Origin: a virus
Taxonomy: Duplodnaviria > Caudoviricetes
Virus record (IMG/VR): IMGVR_UViG_3300017739_003809
Location: 1 to 56,804 of that record
Strand: one strand, 5' to 3'
Length of the DNA stretch: 56,804 nucleotides
Shown: piece after piece, positions 40,701 through 48,741 of the stretch
Position numbering within the stretch: the first letter of the stretch is position 1
Layout of the letters: each line of letters begins with the position of its first letter
The notes under the pieces: model-generated
Database searches by the model: none
Seen by the model: only the letters and a program-made list of their open reading frames with translations
What the model was told of the DNA's origin: nothing
Position numbers and translations under genes: made by a program

Positions 40701-40849
40701 CAATTTTAGATGTATTAGATTCGCCTATGGGTTCTGTTAATGACCATGAAGGTGTAGTTATACGTGATGATAAAATCTCACCTAAACCATTTAAAGTTAC
40801 AGGTAAATTTATAACAGGAGGTGTATCCTCAGATTTTCAGAAAAAATGA
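37763..40849 (+). CDS. multidomain protein: HxGH nucleotidyltransferase + HExxH zincin-like + basic modules + ligase-like (KxDG) domain
   Basis: GGFKPPHLGH and ISGTRMR; IRHELEH; Lys/Arg-rich modules; VKIDG...MEYV...HEGVVIR...FKVTG. Confidence 0.8.
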   Translation: MKVALLPGGFKPPHLGHYNMAKYLADFADNVIVRIGSKEREGIGSKLALEIFNYYKASDPDPRAQKLTISLAQAASPVKDVYDFVEKIAPEGSELILGIGEKDAKDGRYNSIPKFAEPRNIKAKIKLVPPQAGGISGTRMREIIKNNNKEEFFKFIPEFLPEEIKEEIWTKLLDTTMPTDIDEMMGGTMNKQEMDKHNANMKKLRKVLSKVNSQGDMVEVPRNLTKGLRRKLYEGRYDQETLMQSRFIVNVFKANFGKPTEESSEGNIGGVEYELDYIFEPNIEEVGPLPFIIDGEADNDTLQIKIKYNPDKFPEAYTELIPEIKDTIRHELEHIAQFNFSKGVNPNSQKLSQYTWFQYFTFDYEVPAFVQGLYKRAKTKRISFTEAVNEFLINYLDVLTDEEEIKVKQTWMDYARKNLPAAQIDEKRDPKVGTGKKPKGSGRRLYTDEDPTDTVKVKFSTRQDIVDTLSKKSFKAKSHARQSQIINLIHQRVRAALNRSKDPAVKKRLRSAFEYIKKRKEASKRKTQRLKKEGMYPPYKANQVQQTRYKASDTFTRDPKKSKKLGYLEDNIGEGDTYEKMAAKGKKAGNLKQGTVRKRLRIPKGEKIPLSLINKEISRLKKMEKRSPKNQKYYKALTLAKTLKTTTNVNEMKLFSKEWWSDVIIEEILKEGGAAGHMAHPFDLPNVTSGKDLIKSFEQAADSLKKTPGSVKIDGVNASIRLINLGDKKEFAMDRGSKKALDLKGVTKADLEDRFGPGHGMIKSGGDVLDIFNSALPSIQEELNALGLLNDSNVMFNMEYVSGKSNVQDYGKNFLAIHGLLSVETKEVQGARKMLTKRITTEKTFDKADMDELLKKLEPFAKKKGFEIYGSVPTTFTKDPDFNKALNTRYTVDFAEGDQTKTLGQWLSTVTSIPKTDRLKLNIEGIPHGGTKDVGALSKQVYFAIFGGENVDDLFDDEQEKQKALQGAITYLATEKLGDAILDVLDSPMGSVNDHEGVVIRDDKISPKPFKVTGKFITGGVSSDFQKK

Positions 40850-41181
40850 AACTAAAAGATATATTAAACGAAATTACTATTAGCCGCAATATTGAAATTA
40901 ATATTGTAGGTAATGATATTATGATAAAACAGGGCGACCGTATAAATGGTAAACTGATTGAAGTTAATATTGCTACCCGAGGATTTTCTGATCGTATTTA
41001 TAGAGGTTATTTATTTGTAGATAGTGGTGAATCTGGACGTCAACAAATAAATCTTGATGGGGGTGAAAGGGGCTTATTTGAGTTTTATGATGCTGTAGGT
41101 GCAGGTAGGGGAGTTGAAGCAAGAGAATTTTTTAAAAAATATGGAGTTAAACTTACCTCTTCAGAATTTGATGTAAGTTAA
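40846..41181 (+). CDS. hypothetical protein with MKLKDILNE leader
   Basis: ATGA coupling; leader ends in LNE. Confidence 0.75.
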   Translation: MKLKDILNEITISRNIEINIVGNDIMIKQGDRINGKLIEVNIATRGFSDRIYRGYLFVDSGESGRQQINLDGGERGLFEFYDAVGAGRGVEAREFFKKYGVKLTSSEFDVS

Positions 41182-41190
41182 TTTTTGACA

Positions 41191-41198
41191 TATGTATA
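41191..41198 (+). promoter_or_regulatory. putative late promoter TATGTATA
   Basis: Recurrent motif. Confidence 0.65.
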
Positions 41199-41229
41199 AC
41201 CACAAATAATAACATAAAAACAATTAATC

Positions 41230-41439
41230 ATGGCCGGATTATTAGACTTATTTCAAAATGACAAAACTACCCTAGGACAAAGGTTATATGCTTCTGGTCA
41301 CTCTAGAAAAAACGCGGGTGACTCTATTGAGGTAGAATTTGTTAATTATAATGTAGTAGGTGCTGCTCAAGAATTATTTACCAATATTTCTGCTCCACTC
41401 CCCTACACTAAGCAATCGATTGATACTCAATCTAATTAA
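41230..41439 (+). CDS. small monocistronic late protein (69 aa)
   Basis: Own promoter, A-rich leader, followed by a strong terminator. Confidence 0.75.
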   Translation: MAGLLDLFQNDKTTLGQRLYASGHSRKNAGDSIEVEFVNYNVVGAAQELFTNISAPLPYTKQSIDTQSN

Positions 41440-41457
41440 TCATTAATTTTGCTTTAT

Positions 41458-41492
41458 AAGGGCCTCTTCCTACACTAGGGAGAGGCCTTTTT
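41458..41492 (+). terminator. intrinsic terminator
   Basis: GGCCTCTTCCTA-CAC-TAGGGAGAGGCC (12 bp with one G.U) then TTTTT. Confidence 0.85.
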
Positions 41493-41505
41493 ATATATAT
41501 AATCG

Positions 41506-42090
41506 ATGTTAAATAAAGAATTTAAAAGAAAAGACGTAGAACGTATGCGTAACCTTATTAAGGGTAAAGCAAACGATTCTGCAGAGTTACAAGTTGGTTA
41601 CACGACTAAAAAAGAAAGTTATAAAGAAGGTGATATTTGGGAAGAAGGAGGTAAAAAATGGACTATTAAAGATGGTATTAAACAAACTTATACTAAGTTA
41701 GATAAAGCTAGGAAAGAAGCTACTTTACCTTTATTTTGCCCCGAATGTGGATCTTTAATGAAACGAAGTATTGATACTAAAATGTATAATATTCATAAAA
41801 AATGTTTTGATTGTGTTGTAAAAATGGAACATAAATTACAAATAAAAGGTGAATATGAAAAATATGAAAGGGATACTATAGCTAATAATACAAATGATTA
41901 TGTTGATCATTTAGAATCCTATCTTATAGAAGCTATAAATTCATCTAATACACAATTTGTTTCTGAAAGAGGAGAAATAGAAAGATGGAAAGGAGGATTA
42001 GATAAAAAACAATTATCTAAAGATATTAAAAAATCAGTTTTAATAGCAAAAGAAAATATTGAAAAATATAGGAATAATGATAAAACTTAA
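41506..42090 (+). CDS. Zn-ribbon protein
   Basis: CPECG...CFDC; KEGDIWEEGGKKWTIKDG. Confidence 0.75.
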   Translation: MLNKEFKRKDVERMRNLIKGKANDSAELQVGYTTKKESYKEGDIWEEGGKKWTIKDGIKQTYTKLDKARKEATLPLFCPECGSLMKRSIDTKMYNIHKKCFDCVVKMEHKLQIKGEYEKYERDTIANNTNDYVDHLESYLIEAINSSNTQFVSERGEIERWKGGLDKKQLSKDIKKSVLIAKENIEKYRNNDKT

Positions 42091-42685
42091 AGAACTTTTA
42101 TTTGGTAAAAAAGATTGTGGGTGCACGAGTACTACAGGTACTACACTTAATGAAGGAGTTAAAGTATCTGAAAATTTACAATACCATTTAGATAATAAAA
42201 TCCCTCTAGGTGAATCAATTTTTAGGATTAGTTCTAATGCCCATGTAAAATTATTTGCAGAAACTAGAAAATTATGGGAATTAGATAAAATCCAATTATC
42301 TGAAGCAGATGAATATTACATGCATACAGATGCGGGTCGTCAAGGAATATATGAAGGTAAATTAGTACCTCTTGATTTACCATATATTATGGAAGCTCCT
42401 AAAAAGAAAAAGAAAAACCCACCATTAAATAAACCAAAACGAGGAGGTCCTAAAGCATACTATGTTTATGTAAGAGATCCCAGAACTAAAAAAGTTAAAA
42501 AAGTTACATTTGGTTCAGGTGGATTAAAAGCAAAATTAGGAAATAAAAAAGCATCACAAGCATTTGCAAAAAGACATGATTGTAAAAATAAAAAAGATAG
42601 GACTAAAGCTAGTTACTGGAGTTGCAACCTGCCTAGATATCACAAACAATTGGGTCTTGCAACTCCTGCCTCAACTTTCTGGTAA
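42077..42685 (+). CDS. modular basic virion-type protein with MIKLKELL leader
   Basis: ATG 42077 preferred over TTG 42059; C-terminal KAYYVYV...KKVTFG...FAKRHDC...ASYWSC module. Confidence 0.75.
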   Translation: MIKLKELLFGKKDCGCTSTTGTTLNEGVKVSENLQYHLDNKIPLGESIFRISSNAHVKLFAETRKLWELDKIQLSEADEYYMHTDAGRQGIYEGKLVPLDLPYIMEAPKKKKKNPPLNKPKRGGPKAYYVYVRDPRTKKVKKVTFGSGGLKAKLGNKKASQAFAKRHDCKNKKDRTKASYWSCNLPRYHKQLGLATPASTFW

Positions 42686-42956
42686 GCCATATACTGATAT
42701 TATAGAATCGGATAGTACTATAAGTCGTTTATTCCCTGCTACAACTAAACCCGAAGATTTAAAATGGCATATGGATGATGAAGATAGAACTATTACAGTT
42801 CTTAGTAACACTAATTGGCAATTTCAATTTGAGGATCAATTACCTGTTTCTTTAAACAGTCCTATATTTATTAGGAGACACCAATGGCATCGTCTTATAA
42901 AAGGAGATGGGTCATTAATGATTAGTATATTTAAACCATGCAAGAACGCAAACTAA
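42576..42956 (+). CDS. cupin-like protein (start uncertain)
   Basis: LKWHMDDEDR...WQFQFEDQLP...IFIRRHQWHRLIKG His/Asp cupin pattern; no ATG adjacent to the domain start at about 42684. Confidence 0.65.
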   Translation: MIVKIKKIGLKLVTGVATCLDITNNWVLQLLPQLSGKPYTDIIESDSTISRLFPATTKPEDLKWHMDDEDRTITVLSNTNWQFQFEDQLPVSLNSPIFIRRHQWHRLIKGDGSLMISIFKPCKNAN

Positions 42957-43945
42957 CAAAACCTGAAGCTAAAGCCAAAGAGCGTATAGTTAAAGACTTA
43001 AAGGGAGCTAAAGCTGATTTTAAAAAACGCTATGGTGATGATGCCGAAGCAGTTATGTATGCTACTGCAACTAAAAGAGCTAAAAAAGTAGCACAAGAAG
43101 GATCTTGTGGTTATAATGAAGATGCTAAAACAGGTAAAAAATTAAAAACTCCTGGTGGTTTAAATGAAATAATAAATGAACTAATCGAAGAATTAGTATA
43201 CGAAGAATTATGTAAGCGTGGTAAAGCCTATATAGCTGCACGTAAAAGAGCCGGAGAAAAATCATCTGCTTATCTTTCGGGACGTGCTGTAAAAGTATGT
43301 AAAGGACAAATTAAAGGAGCAGGTGGTAAAAGAAAAAAATCTTATAGAAAGAAAAAACGCAAACGTAGAACTAATGAAGCGTTATATCAACAATTAAGAA
43401 CCCAAACTTTAAGACATTTAGAAGAAACATTATTTAATGACCCACATTTTGCTATAATAGCAGAATATGAAAATATTAATGAAGTATCTCGTAAAGCAAT
43501 ACCTATTACTATTAAGGGAAAAACTTATTCCTCTATGGGAGATATATATGCTAAAAAAGCTTTAGCAAAACTAAGCCCCGAAGAAAGAAAAAAAGCTATA
43601 GAAAAAGCTATGAAGGATCATGGGGCATCTAAACAATCAATTGACCCAAAAGATTTTAAATTTTTAGATGGTATAGATTTAGGAAATCCTGTAGACGAAA
43701 GTTTAAGAAATTGGTTTAAAAAAGAAGATTGGGTTAGAATTGACACCCAAGGTAACATAGCGGGTAAGTGCGGAACAATGCCTAAGGGTAAAGCAACACA
43801 ACGCTGCTTACCTCGTGCTAAAGCCCAATCACTTACTAAAGCCCAACGTAGAGCTACAGCTAGAAAAAAAGTTAGAGGTAGTAAAAAGGGTAAACAATTT
43901 GTTAGAAACACTAAAAAAGCTAAGGTTAGCTTTAAAAAGAAATAA
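42938..43945 (+). CDS. modular Lys/Arg-rich virion-type protein (DUF5872-like modules)
   Basis: YATATKRAK, LCKRG...[14 protein letters not shown] and ESLRNWFKKEDWV...CG...CLP modules, separated by xxE sites. Confidence 0.75.
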   Translation: MQERKLTKPEAKAKERIVKDLKGAKADFKKRYGDDAEAVMYATATKRAKKVAQEGSCGYNEDAKTGKKLKTPGGLNEIINELIEELVYEELCKRGKAYIAARKRAGEKSSAYLSGRAVKVCKGQIKGAGGKRKKSYRKKKRKRRTNEALYQQLRTQTLRHLEETLFNDPHFAIIAEYENINEVSRKAIPITIKGKTYSSMGDIYAKKALAKLSPEERKKAIEKAMKDHGASKQSIDPKDFKFLDGIDLGNPVDESLRNWFKKEDWVRIDTQGNIAGKCGTMPKGKATQRCLPRAKAQSLTKAQRRATARKKVRGSKKGKQFVRNTKKAKVSFKKK

Positions 43946-43947
43946 TT

Positions 43948-44262
43948 ATGGCAAGAAAAGTAAATGTAAAAACCCAAGTTAAAAAACTTCTTGATAAAAC
44001 TGAAGTTGATGAAAAGTTATTAGGTAAAATTAAAGAAGCCTTAGAAAAAACAGACGTTGATGATAAAATTTTAGACGCCTATGCTGATGCTAAAGAATCT
44101 GGTTTACTAGATAAAATTAAGTGTTATGTTAAGTGCTATGGAGGATATGTATTAGCAGTAGGAGCGGGTTGCTTATTTGGAGTTAATGGCTGGTGGGCTT
44201 TAGGATTTTTAGTCGCATCAGGTGTTTGGGCAAATAAAGTAGCAGCTTGTAAATTTAAATAA
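43948..44262 (+). CDS. membrane protein
   Basis: Internal repeat L(D/E)KT(E/D)VD(E/D)K; two C-terminal TM segments. Confidence 0.75.
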   Translation: MARKVNVKTQVKKLLDKTEVDEKLLGKIKEALEKTDVDDKILDAYADAKESGLLDKIKCYVKCYGGYVLAVGAGCLFGVNGWWALGFLVASGVWANKVAACKFK

Positions 44263-44271
44263 AATAATAAC

Positions 44272-45408
44272 ATGAGCTTTTTAGACGAAAATATGGTAGT
44301 CACTGACGATCCCGCTAAGGCAGAAGCTTTAGCAAAAAAAGGGGTTATGGTTAAATTAGTAGATTCTGTTGATGAAAAACTTGATCCAGTAGGAAAAGAA
44401 GACGATGACATCAATAATGATGGTAAAGTTAATAAAACAGATAAATATTTAGCTAATAGAAGAAAAGCGGTAGCCAAAGCCATGAAAAAAGAAAATCTTG
44501 AGGAAGGTAAATTAGCTAATGCTCTAGGTGGTGCTGCTATGCTTGCAAGTCTATTATTAGTAAATAAAATTAATTCTAGTGATCCTGTTGTTCAACGTTT
44601 AAAAGCCGAATATGAACAAGCAGAACCTGCTAAACAAGATTCTATTCAAAAATTATTAACTAAAAGACTAATCTTTTTAGATACAGGAAAATTTGATAAT
44701 GCTACCCCAATGAGAGAAGGTGAAAAAGAAGAATTTAAATATAAAGCCCCTAAAGATAAAGATAAGGATGATATTAGAATAGATCCTGATACTAAATTTA
44801 AAGTTGATTTAAAGCACCTTATCCAAAAACACATGAAAGAGGGTAAATCTAGGGATGAAGTAATTAAAATCACTAAAGCATTAATGGCAAAACTTCATAA
44901 TAAAGGTAAAGTTGAAATTGACGGTACTACACTTTTATTTAAAGAAATTAAAGACATTAGAAATATCAAAGCCATGATTTCAAAAGCCAAAATGGAAAGA
45001 GATAAGGCCCTTAAAGATGGCAACGGTGGCTTAGCCGATAAAATCGAAGGAAGACTAAAAGTAAAACTTGATAACCTCAATTACAATTGGAAAACTGATC
45101 CCGATGCGATGGAGGTATTAGGTGATTTTCTTGAAGAAGCTGATTTAGATATTAGAGATATGCAAATGGAATTACCTCAACCAGATGCACCTGATTACTT
45201 GGGCGACGATGGTATGGATTACGAAGGTGGGATGGCTAAAAGCCAAATGCTTAAAATGAAAAAATATGCTGTTGCTCTTTGTGATATGATTGAAGATGAA
45301 TCCCAATTAGAATCATGGGTTCAAGCTAAATTAACTAAAGCTTCTGATTATATGTCTTCAGTTTTTCATTACTTAGATTATCAAAGATCTAAAATGAAAG
45401 AAGAATGA
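44272..45408 (+). CDS. modular virion-type protein with EF-hand-like [12 protein letters not shown] module
   Basis: Modules bounded by LDE, LEE, MRE and MKE; C-terminal [15 protein letters not shown] module. Confidence 0.75.
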   Translation: MSFLDENMVVTDDPAKAEALAKKGVMVKLVDSVDEKLDPVGKEDDDINNDGKVNKTDKYLANRRKAVAKAMKKENLEEGKLANALGGAAMLASLLLVNKINSSDPVVQRLKAEYEQAEPAKQDSIQKLLTKRLIFLDTGKFDNATPMREGEKEEFKYKAPKDKDKDDIRIDPDTKFKVDLKHLIQKHMKEGKSRDEVIKITKALMAKLHNKGKVEIDGTTLLFKEIKDIRNIKAMISKAKMERDKALKDGNGGLADKIEGRLKVKLDNLNYNWKTDPDAMEVLGDFLEEADLDIRDMQMELPQPDAPDYLGDDGMDYEGGMAKSQMLKMKKYAVALCDMIEDESQLESWVQAKLTKASDYMSSVFHYLDYQRSKMKEE

Positions 45409-45656
45409 ATAATATATTAAGAGAATATATTAGACAATATTTAGATGAAGCATTATGCAAAAGAGGATACGCTTATATAGCTAAAAGAAAACGACAAGGT
45501 GAAAAACATAATCCGTTTTTAATGGCTAGAGCAGTCAAAGTATGTAAGGGACAAATAAAAGGAGTAGGTGGTAGACAGAAAAAAGATTTTAGACCAGGTA
45601 AAGGAAAAAAACGATCAGCACAAGGTAGAAAACCAGATATAGTATCTAACAAATGA
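45405..45656 (+). CDS. small basic protein, paralogue of the LCKRG...VKVCKG module
   Basis: Leader [12 protein letters not shown] followed by a module similar to 43208-43340. Confidence 0.75.
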   Translation: MNNILREYIRQYLDEALCKRGYAYIAKRKRQGEKHNPFLMARAVKVCKGQIKGVGGRQKKDFRPGKGKKRSAQGRKPDIVSNK

Positions 45657-46087
45657 AACAATTAATTAGAGAACATATTAGACGTAAAGTTAGACAATTA
45701 GTCGAAGAACGTGAATATCAACTTCGTCAACTATCTCCGGGTGCTTATGATGCCTTAGGCCCGGGTACTTTAGGAATTCCACCTTCTGCTATTTCTGATG
45801 TTAAAATTATTAAAGCACCTAGACCTGTTTTTAAATGTTTTCTTGATAATGGTCAATCATTTAATATTATAGACAATGGTGATTTTATGCAGGCCGATAT
45901 TAACCGCATTTTATTTGATTTAGATAGAGAAGATGATTTAAATGGTGCAAAATATGAGCTTGAAAAATTAATGCAAAAAGGCAGTATTAAATCAGATGAA
46001 GAACCTGAAACAGATATTCCAGTCGCTAAACCAGATACACCTGCTGCAGAACCTGTAGACGAACCCGCAGACGAACCTGAAGTATAA
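45653..46087 (+). CDS. hypothetical virion-type protein
   Basis: Leader LIREHIRRKVRQLVEE; acidic Pro-rich tail. Confidence 0.75.
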   Translation: MKQLIREHIRRKVRQLVEEREYQLRQLSPGAYDALGPGTLGIPPSAISDVKIIKAPRPVFKCFLDNGQSFNIIDNGDFMQADINRILFDLDREDDLNGAKYELEKLMQKGSIKSDEEPETDIPVAKPDTPAAEPVDEPADEPEV

Positions 46088-46482
46088 TGAATAATAATCC
46101 GGAATTTCAACAAGCAGCAGCAGGTATTTATCAAGATGCGGTTAAAAAATTTAACATACGCACTACACCTAAATTATTCCTACGTCAGGATAAAGAAAAT
46201 GGTGCTATGACTTTAGGCAGGACTGCTTTTTATGATCCTTCTGAATTAAAAATTGTATTATTTATATCAGGTCGTCATCCTAAAGATATACTTAGGTCAT
46301 TTGCTCATGAATTAATTCATCATGTACAAAATGAACGTGGTGATTTACAATTAGGTGATTCGAGTGATCCTCAATATGCCCAAAAAGACGATCACTTACG
46401 TAAAATGGAAATGGAAGCATATTTAAAAGGTAATATGCTTATGAGAGACTTTGAAGATAATTTTAAGTATCAACAAGAATAA
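46087..46482 (+). CDS. HExxH zincin-like metallopeptidase
   Basis: RSFAHELIHHVQ followed by EMEAY. Confidence 0.8.
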   Translation: MNNNPEFQQAAAGIYQDAVKKFNIRTTPKLFLRQDKENGAMTLGRTAFYDPSELKIVLFISGRHPKDILRSFAHELIHHVQNERGDLQLGDSSDPQYAQKDDHLRKMEMEAYLKGNMLMRDFEDNFKYQQE

Positions 46483-46500
46483 TATATGTAATAACGTATA

Positions 46501-46570
46501 GACTGATTCATAGCCAGTCGAAAAATTAGAACTGAGAGCTGTGGCCTCCATTTGGAGGCCACACTTTATG
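46501..46570 (+). other. structured intergenic element: hairpin/pseudoknot plus terminator-like hairpin
   Basis: GACTG-ATTCATAGC-CAGTC; TGTGGCCTCC-ATTT-GGAGGCCACA followed by CTTTATG. Confidence 0.65.
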
Positions 46571-46582
46571 TTCGTATATTTA
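46551..46582 (+). promoter_or_regulatory. early promoter TTTGG-N17-CGTATATTTA
   Basis: Recurrent motif; its upstream box lies in the hairpin loop and arm. Confidence 0.7.
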
Positions 46583-46600
46583 AATAACTTAAGTTTAAAC

Positions 46601-47917
46601 ATGGAAAAACTAGTAATCATAGGAGCCGGTGTAGCGGGCGTAAACGCTGCAACAAAATTAGTAGATAATGGTTATCCTGGTGATTTAATTACCATTATTG
46701 ATATGGGTAATGATCCATATAAGCGTAAACCAGAAGAAGTAATGACTGGGTTTATGGGCGCAGGAGGCTGGAGTGACGGCAAGTTAACATATCATACTTC
46801 AATTGGGGGGCATATGTCCAAATATTGCGGTGAAGATAAAGCTATGTCGTTATTTAGCGAGGTAATTGAAAATTTTAAACGATTCCATCCTAAACCAGAA
46901 GCGGTGCAGTGTTCAAACCCCGTTGCAGAACCTGAATTTATTAAACCATATTTTGGGTTACGTTTATTTCCAGTATGGCACGTGGGTACTGATTACTTAC
47001 ATGAAATTGGTAAAAACTGGTATGATTTCCTTTGTAATAAAGGTGTTAATTTTTACTGGAATACTAAAGTAACTAAAGTATTTTTTGAAGATAATAAAGT
47101 TGCCTTTGAATATGTTAATAGAGATCGTAAAGGTGGAGGTACTCTTGACTATAATCGTTTAATTTTTGGTGTAGGTAAATCAGGTATTGATTTTGGTAAG
47201 CGTTTAGCGGAACATTATGAATTACCAACTGAAGCAAAACCAGTACAAATTGGTGTACGTTTTGAAGCACCACAAAAACATTTCCAAAAATTGATTGATA
47301 TCAGTTATGACTTTAAATTATATCGTAAATTTGAAGATAAGGGTGTATCATTAAGGTCGTTTTGTACTAATAATAATGCAGCTTATGTAGCTGTAGAGGA
47401 AACATATGGTGATCACAGCTATAATGGCCATGCTAAAAAAGATGAAGCATATCGCAATGATATGACTAATTTTGGTATTTTAATGGAAATTAGAGGTATT
47501 GATAAACCATTTGATTGGTCACGTGAAGCGGTTAAAAAACTTCAAATTGATGGTACGGGTACTTATTATTCACCTAGCCATAGAGTACCATCTAAAACGA
47601 GTGAGGGCGAATATGTTAAAACTGAAATTGTAAATAGTTTGGATCCATTATATGATGCTATTGGTGATAATGCTGTTTATATTGAAGATTTTATTGAAGA
47701 TATGACTAAAATATTCCCTACGTTAGGAAATGATTGGGGTGTTTATATGCCAGAAGTAAAATATTTATCACCAGAACCACTTGTAGATTATGATAATTTA
47801 TCACTTAAAACAAGACCAAATGTCCACTTTGTAGGCGATGCTCTCTCAGCAAGAGGTATTACAGTAAGTGGAGCACAAGGTACATATGTTGCAGAATCAA
47901 TTTTAAATAATGGATAA
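46601..47917 (+). CDS. FAD-dependent oxidoreductase (uncharacterised dehydrogenase family, COG2509-like)
   Basis: VIIGAGVAG Rossmann motif, GAGGWSDGKL, IGVRFE, RSFCTN, PEVKY, VGDALSARGI; ATG 46601 preferred. Confidence 0.88.
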   Translation: MEKLVIIGAGVAGVNAATKLVDNGYPGDLITIIDMGNDPYKRKPEEVMTGFMGAGGWSDGKLTYHTSIGGHMSKYCGEDKAMSLFSEVIENFKRFHPKPEAVQCSNPVAEPEFIKPYFGLRLFPVWHVGTDYLHEIGKNWYDFLCNKGVNFYWNTKVTKVFFEDNKVAFEYVNRDRKGGGTLDYNRLIFGVGKSGIDFGKRLAEHYELPTEAKPVQIGVRFEAPQKHFQKLIDISYDFKLYRKFEDKGVSLRSFCTNNNAAYVAVEETYGDHSYNGHAKKDEAYRNDMTNFGILMEIRGIDKPFDWSREAVKKLQIDGTGTYYSPSHRVPSKTSEGEYVKTEIVNSLDPLYDAIGDNAVYIEDFIEDMTKIFPTLGNDWGVYMPEVKYLSPEPLVDYDNLSLKTRPNVHFVGDALSARGITVSGAQGTYVAESILNNG

Positions 47918-48218
47918 AGAAGAAAAAAGACTTAAAGAAGTACAAGCTATTGAAGAACAGAATAGAGCTAGAGGAGTAGAAGATTTTCCTAAATCTAAAA
48001 AGTTAAAAACTCCTGAAGGTACTATAGCATACTATTGGGATAATAAACTTCATAACTGGGAAGGACCAGCTCTTATACCAGAGGGTGATAACCGTAAGAG
48101 AGAGTATTATATTTATGGTATACAATATTCTGAAGAAGAATGGAAAGAAAGAAAAAGAGATGGTAAGGGTTTACCATGGTATAAAGACCCAAGATTTAAA
48201 GGTAGAAACGCAGGATAA
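47910..48218 (+). CDS. hypothetical protein with LHxxxGPAxI repeat unit
   Basis: NKLHNWEGPALI...EYYIYG. Confidence 0.75.
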   Translation: MDKEEKRLKEVQAIEEQNRARGVEDFPKSKKLKTPEGTIAYYWDNKLHNWEGPALIPEGDNRKREYYIYGIQYSEEEWKERKRDGKGLPWYKDPRFKGRNAG

Positions 48219-48739
48219 TGAAAATAGGTTTTTGTGGAACAATGAGTGTAGGTAAAACTACACTAGTTAAAGCTCTTCAGGAGATTCCTGAACTAAAAAA
48301 TTATAATTTTGCTACTGAACGTAGTGCATACCTTAATTCATTAGGTATACCTCTAAACCATGAAACAACTATAGAGGGACAGACAGTATTCTTAGCAGAA
48401 CGTGTAAGTGAATTAATGCAACCTAATATAGTTACAGATAGAACTATTATAGATGTAATGGCATTTACTAAATGTGCTAGAAAAACTAGTATAATAAATG
48501 GAGAAGCTTTTGAAGCATATGCTCAACGTTTTGTTTATTTATACGATTATTTATTTTATATTTCTCCAGAAGGCATGGATATGGAAGATAATGGTGTAAG
48601 GGAAACTAATTTAGAATATAGAAATGAAATTGACGTATGTATTCAAGAATTATTAAAAAAACATCGTCGTTTTTATACAACAATTAAAGGTTCTACAGAA
48701 GAACGAATTAAACAAATATTAAAAACAGTAACATTCTAA
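48218..48739 (+). CDS. P-loop ATPase/kinase (NadR/AAA_28-like)
   Basis: GTMSVGKTT Walker A; DRTIID; EDNGVR; IKGSTEERI. Confidence 0.85.
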   Translation: MKIGFCGTMSVGKTTLVKALQEIPELKNYNFATERSAYLNSLGIPLNHETTIEGQTVFLAERVSELMQPNIVTDRTIIDVMAFTKCARKTSIINGEAFEAYAQRFVYLYDYLFYISPEGMDMEDNGVRETNLEYRNEIDVCIQELLKKHRRFYTTIKGSTEERIKQILKTVTF

Positions 48740-48741
48740 TC

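Noticed and set aside
46541-46600. GTG start at 46541 extending the oxidoreductase
   Set aside because: It overlaps the hairpin and promoter; the Rossmann motif begins right after ATG 46601.
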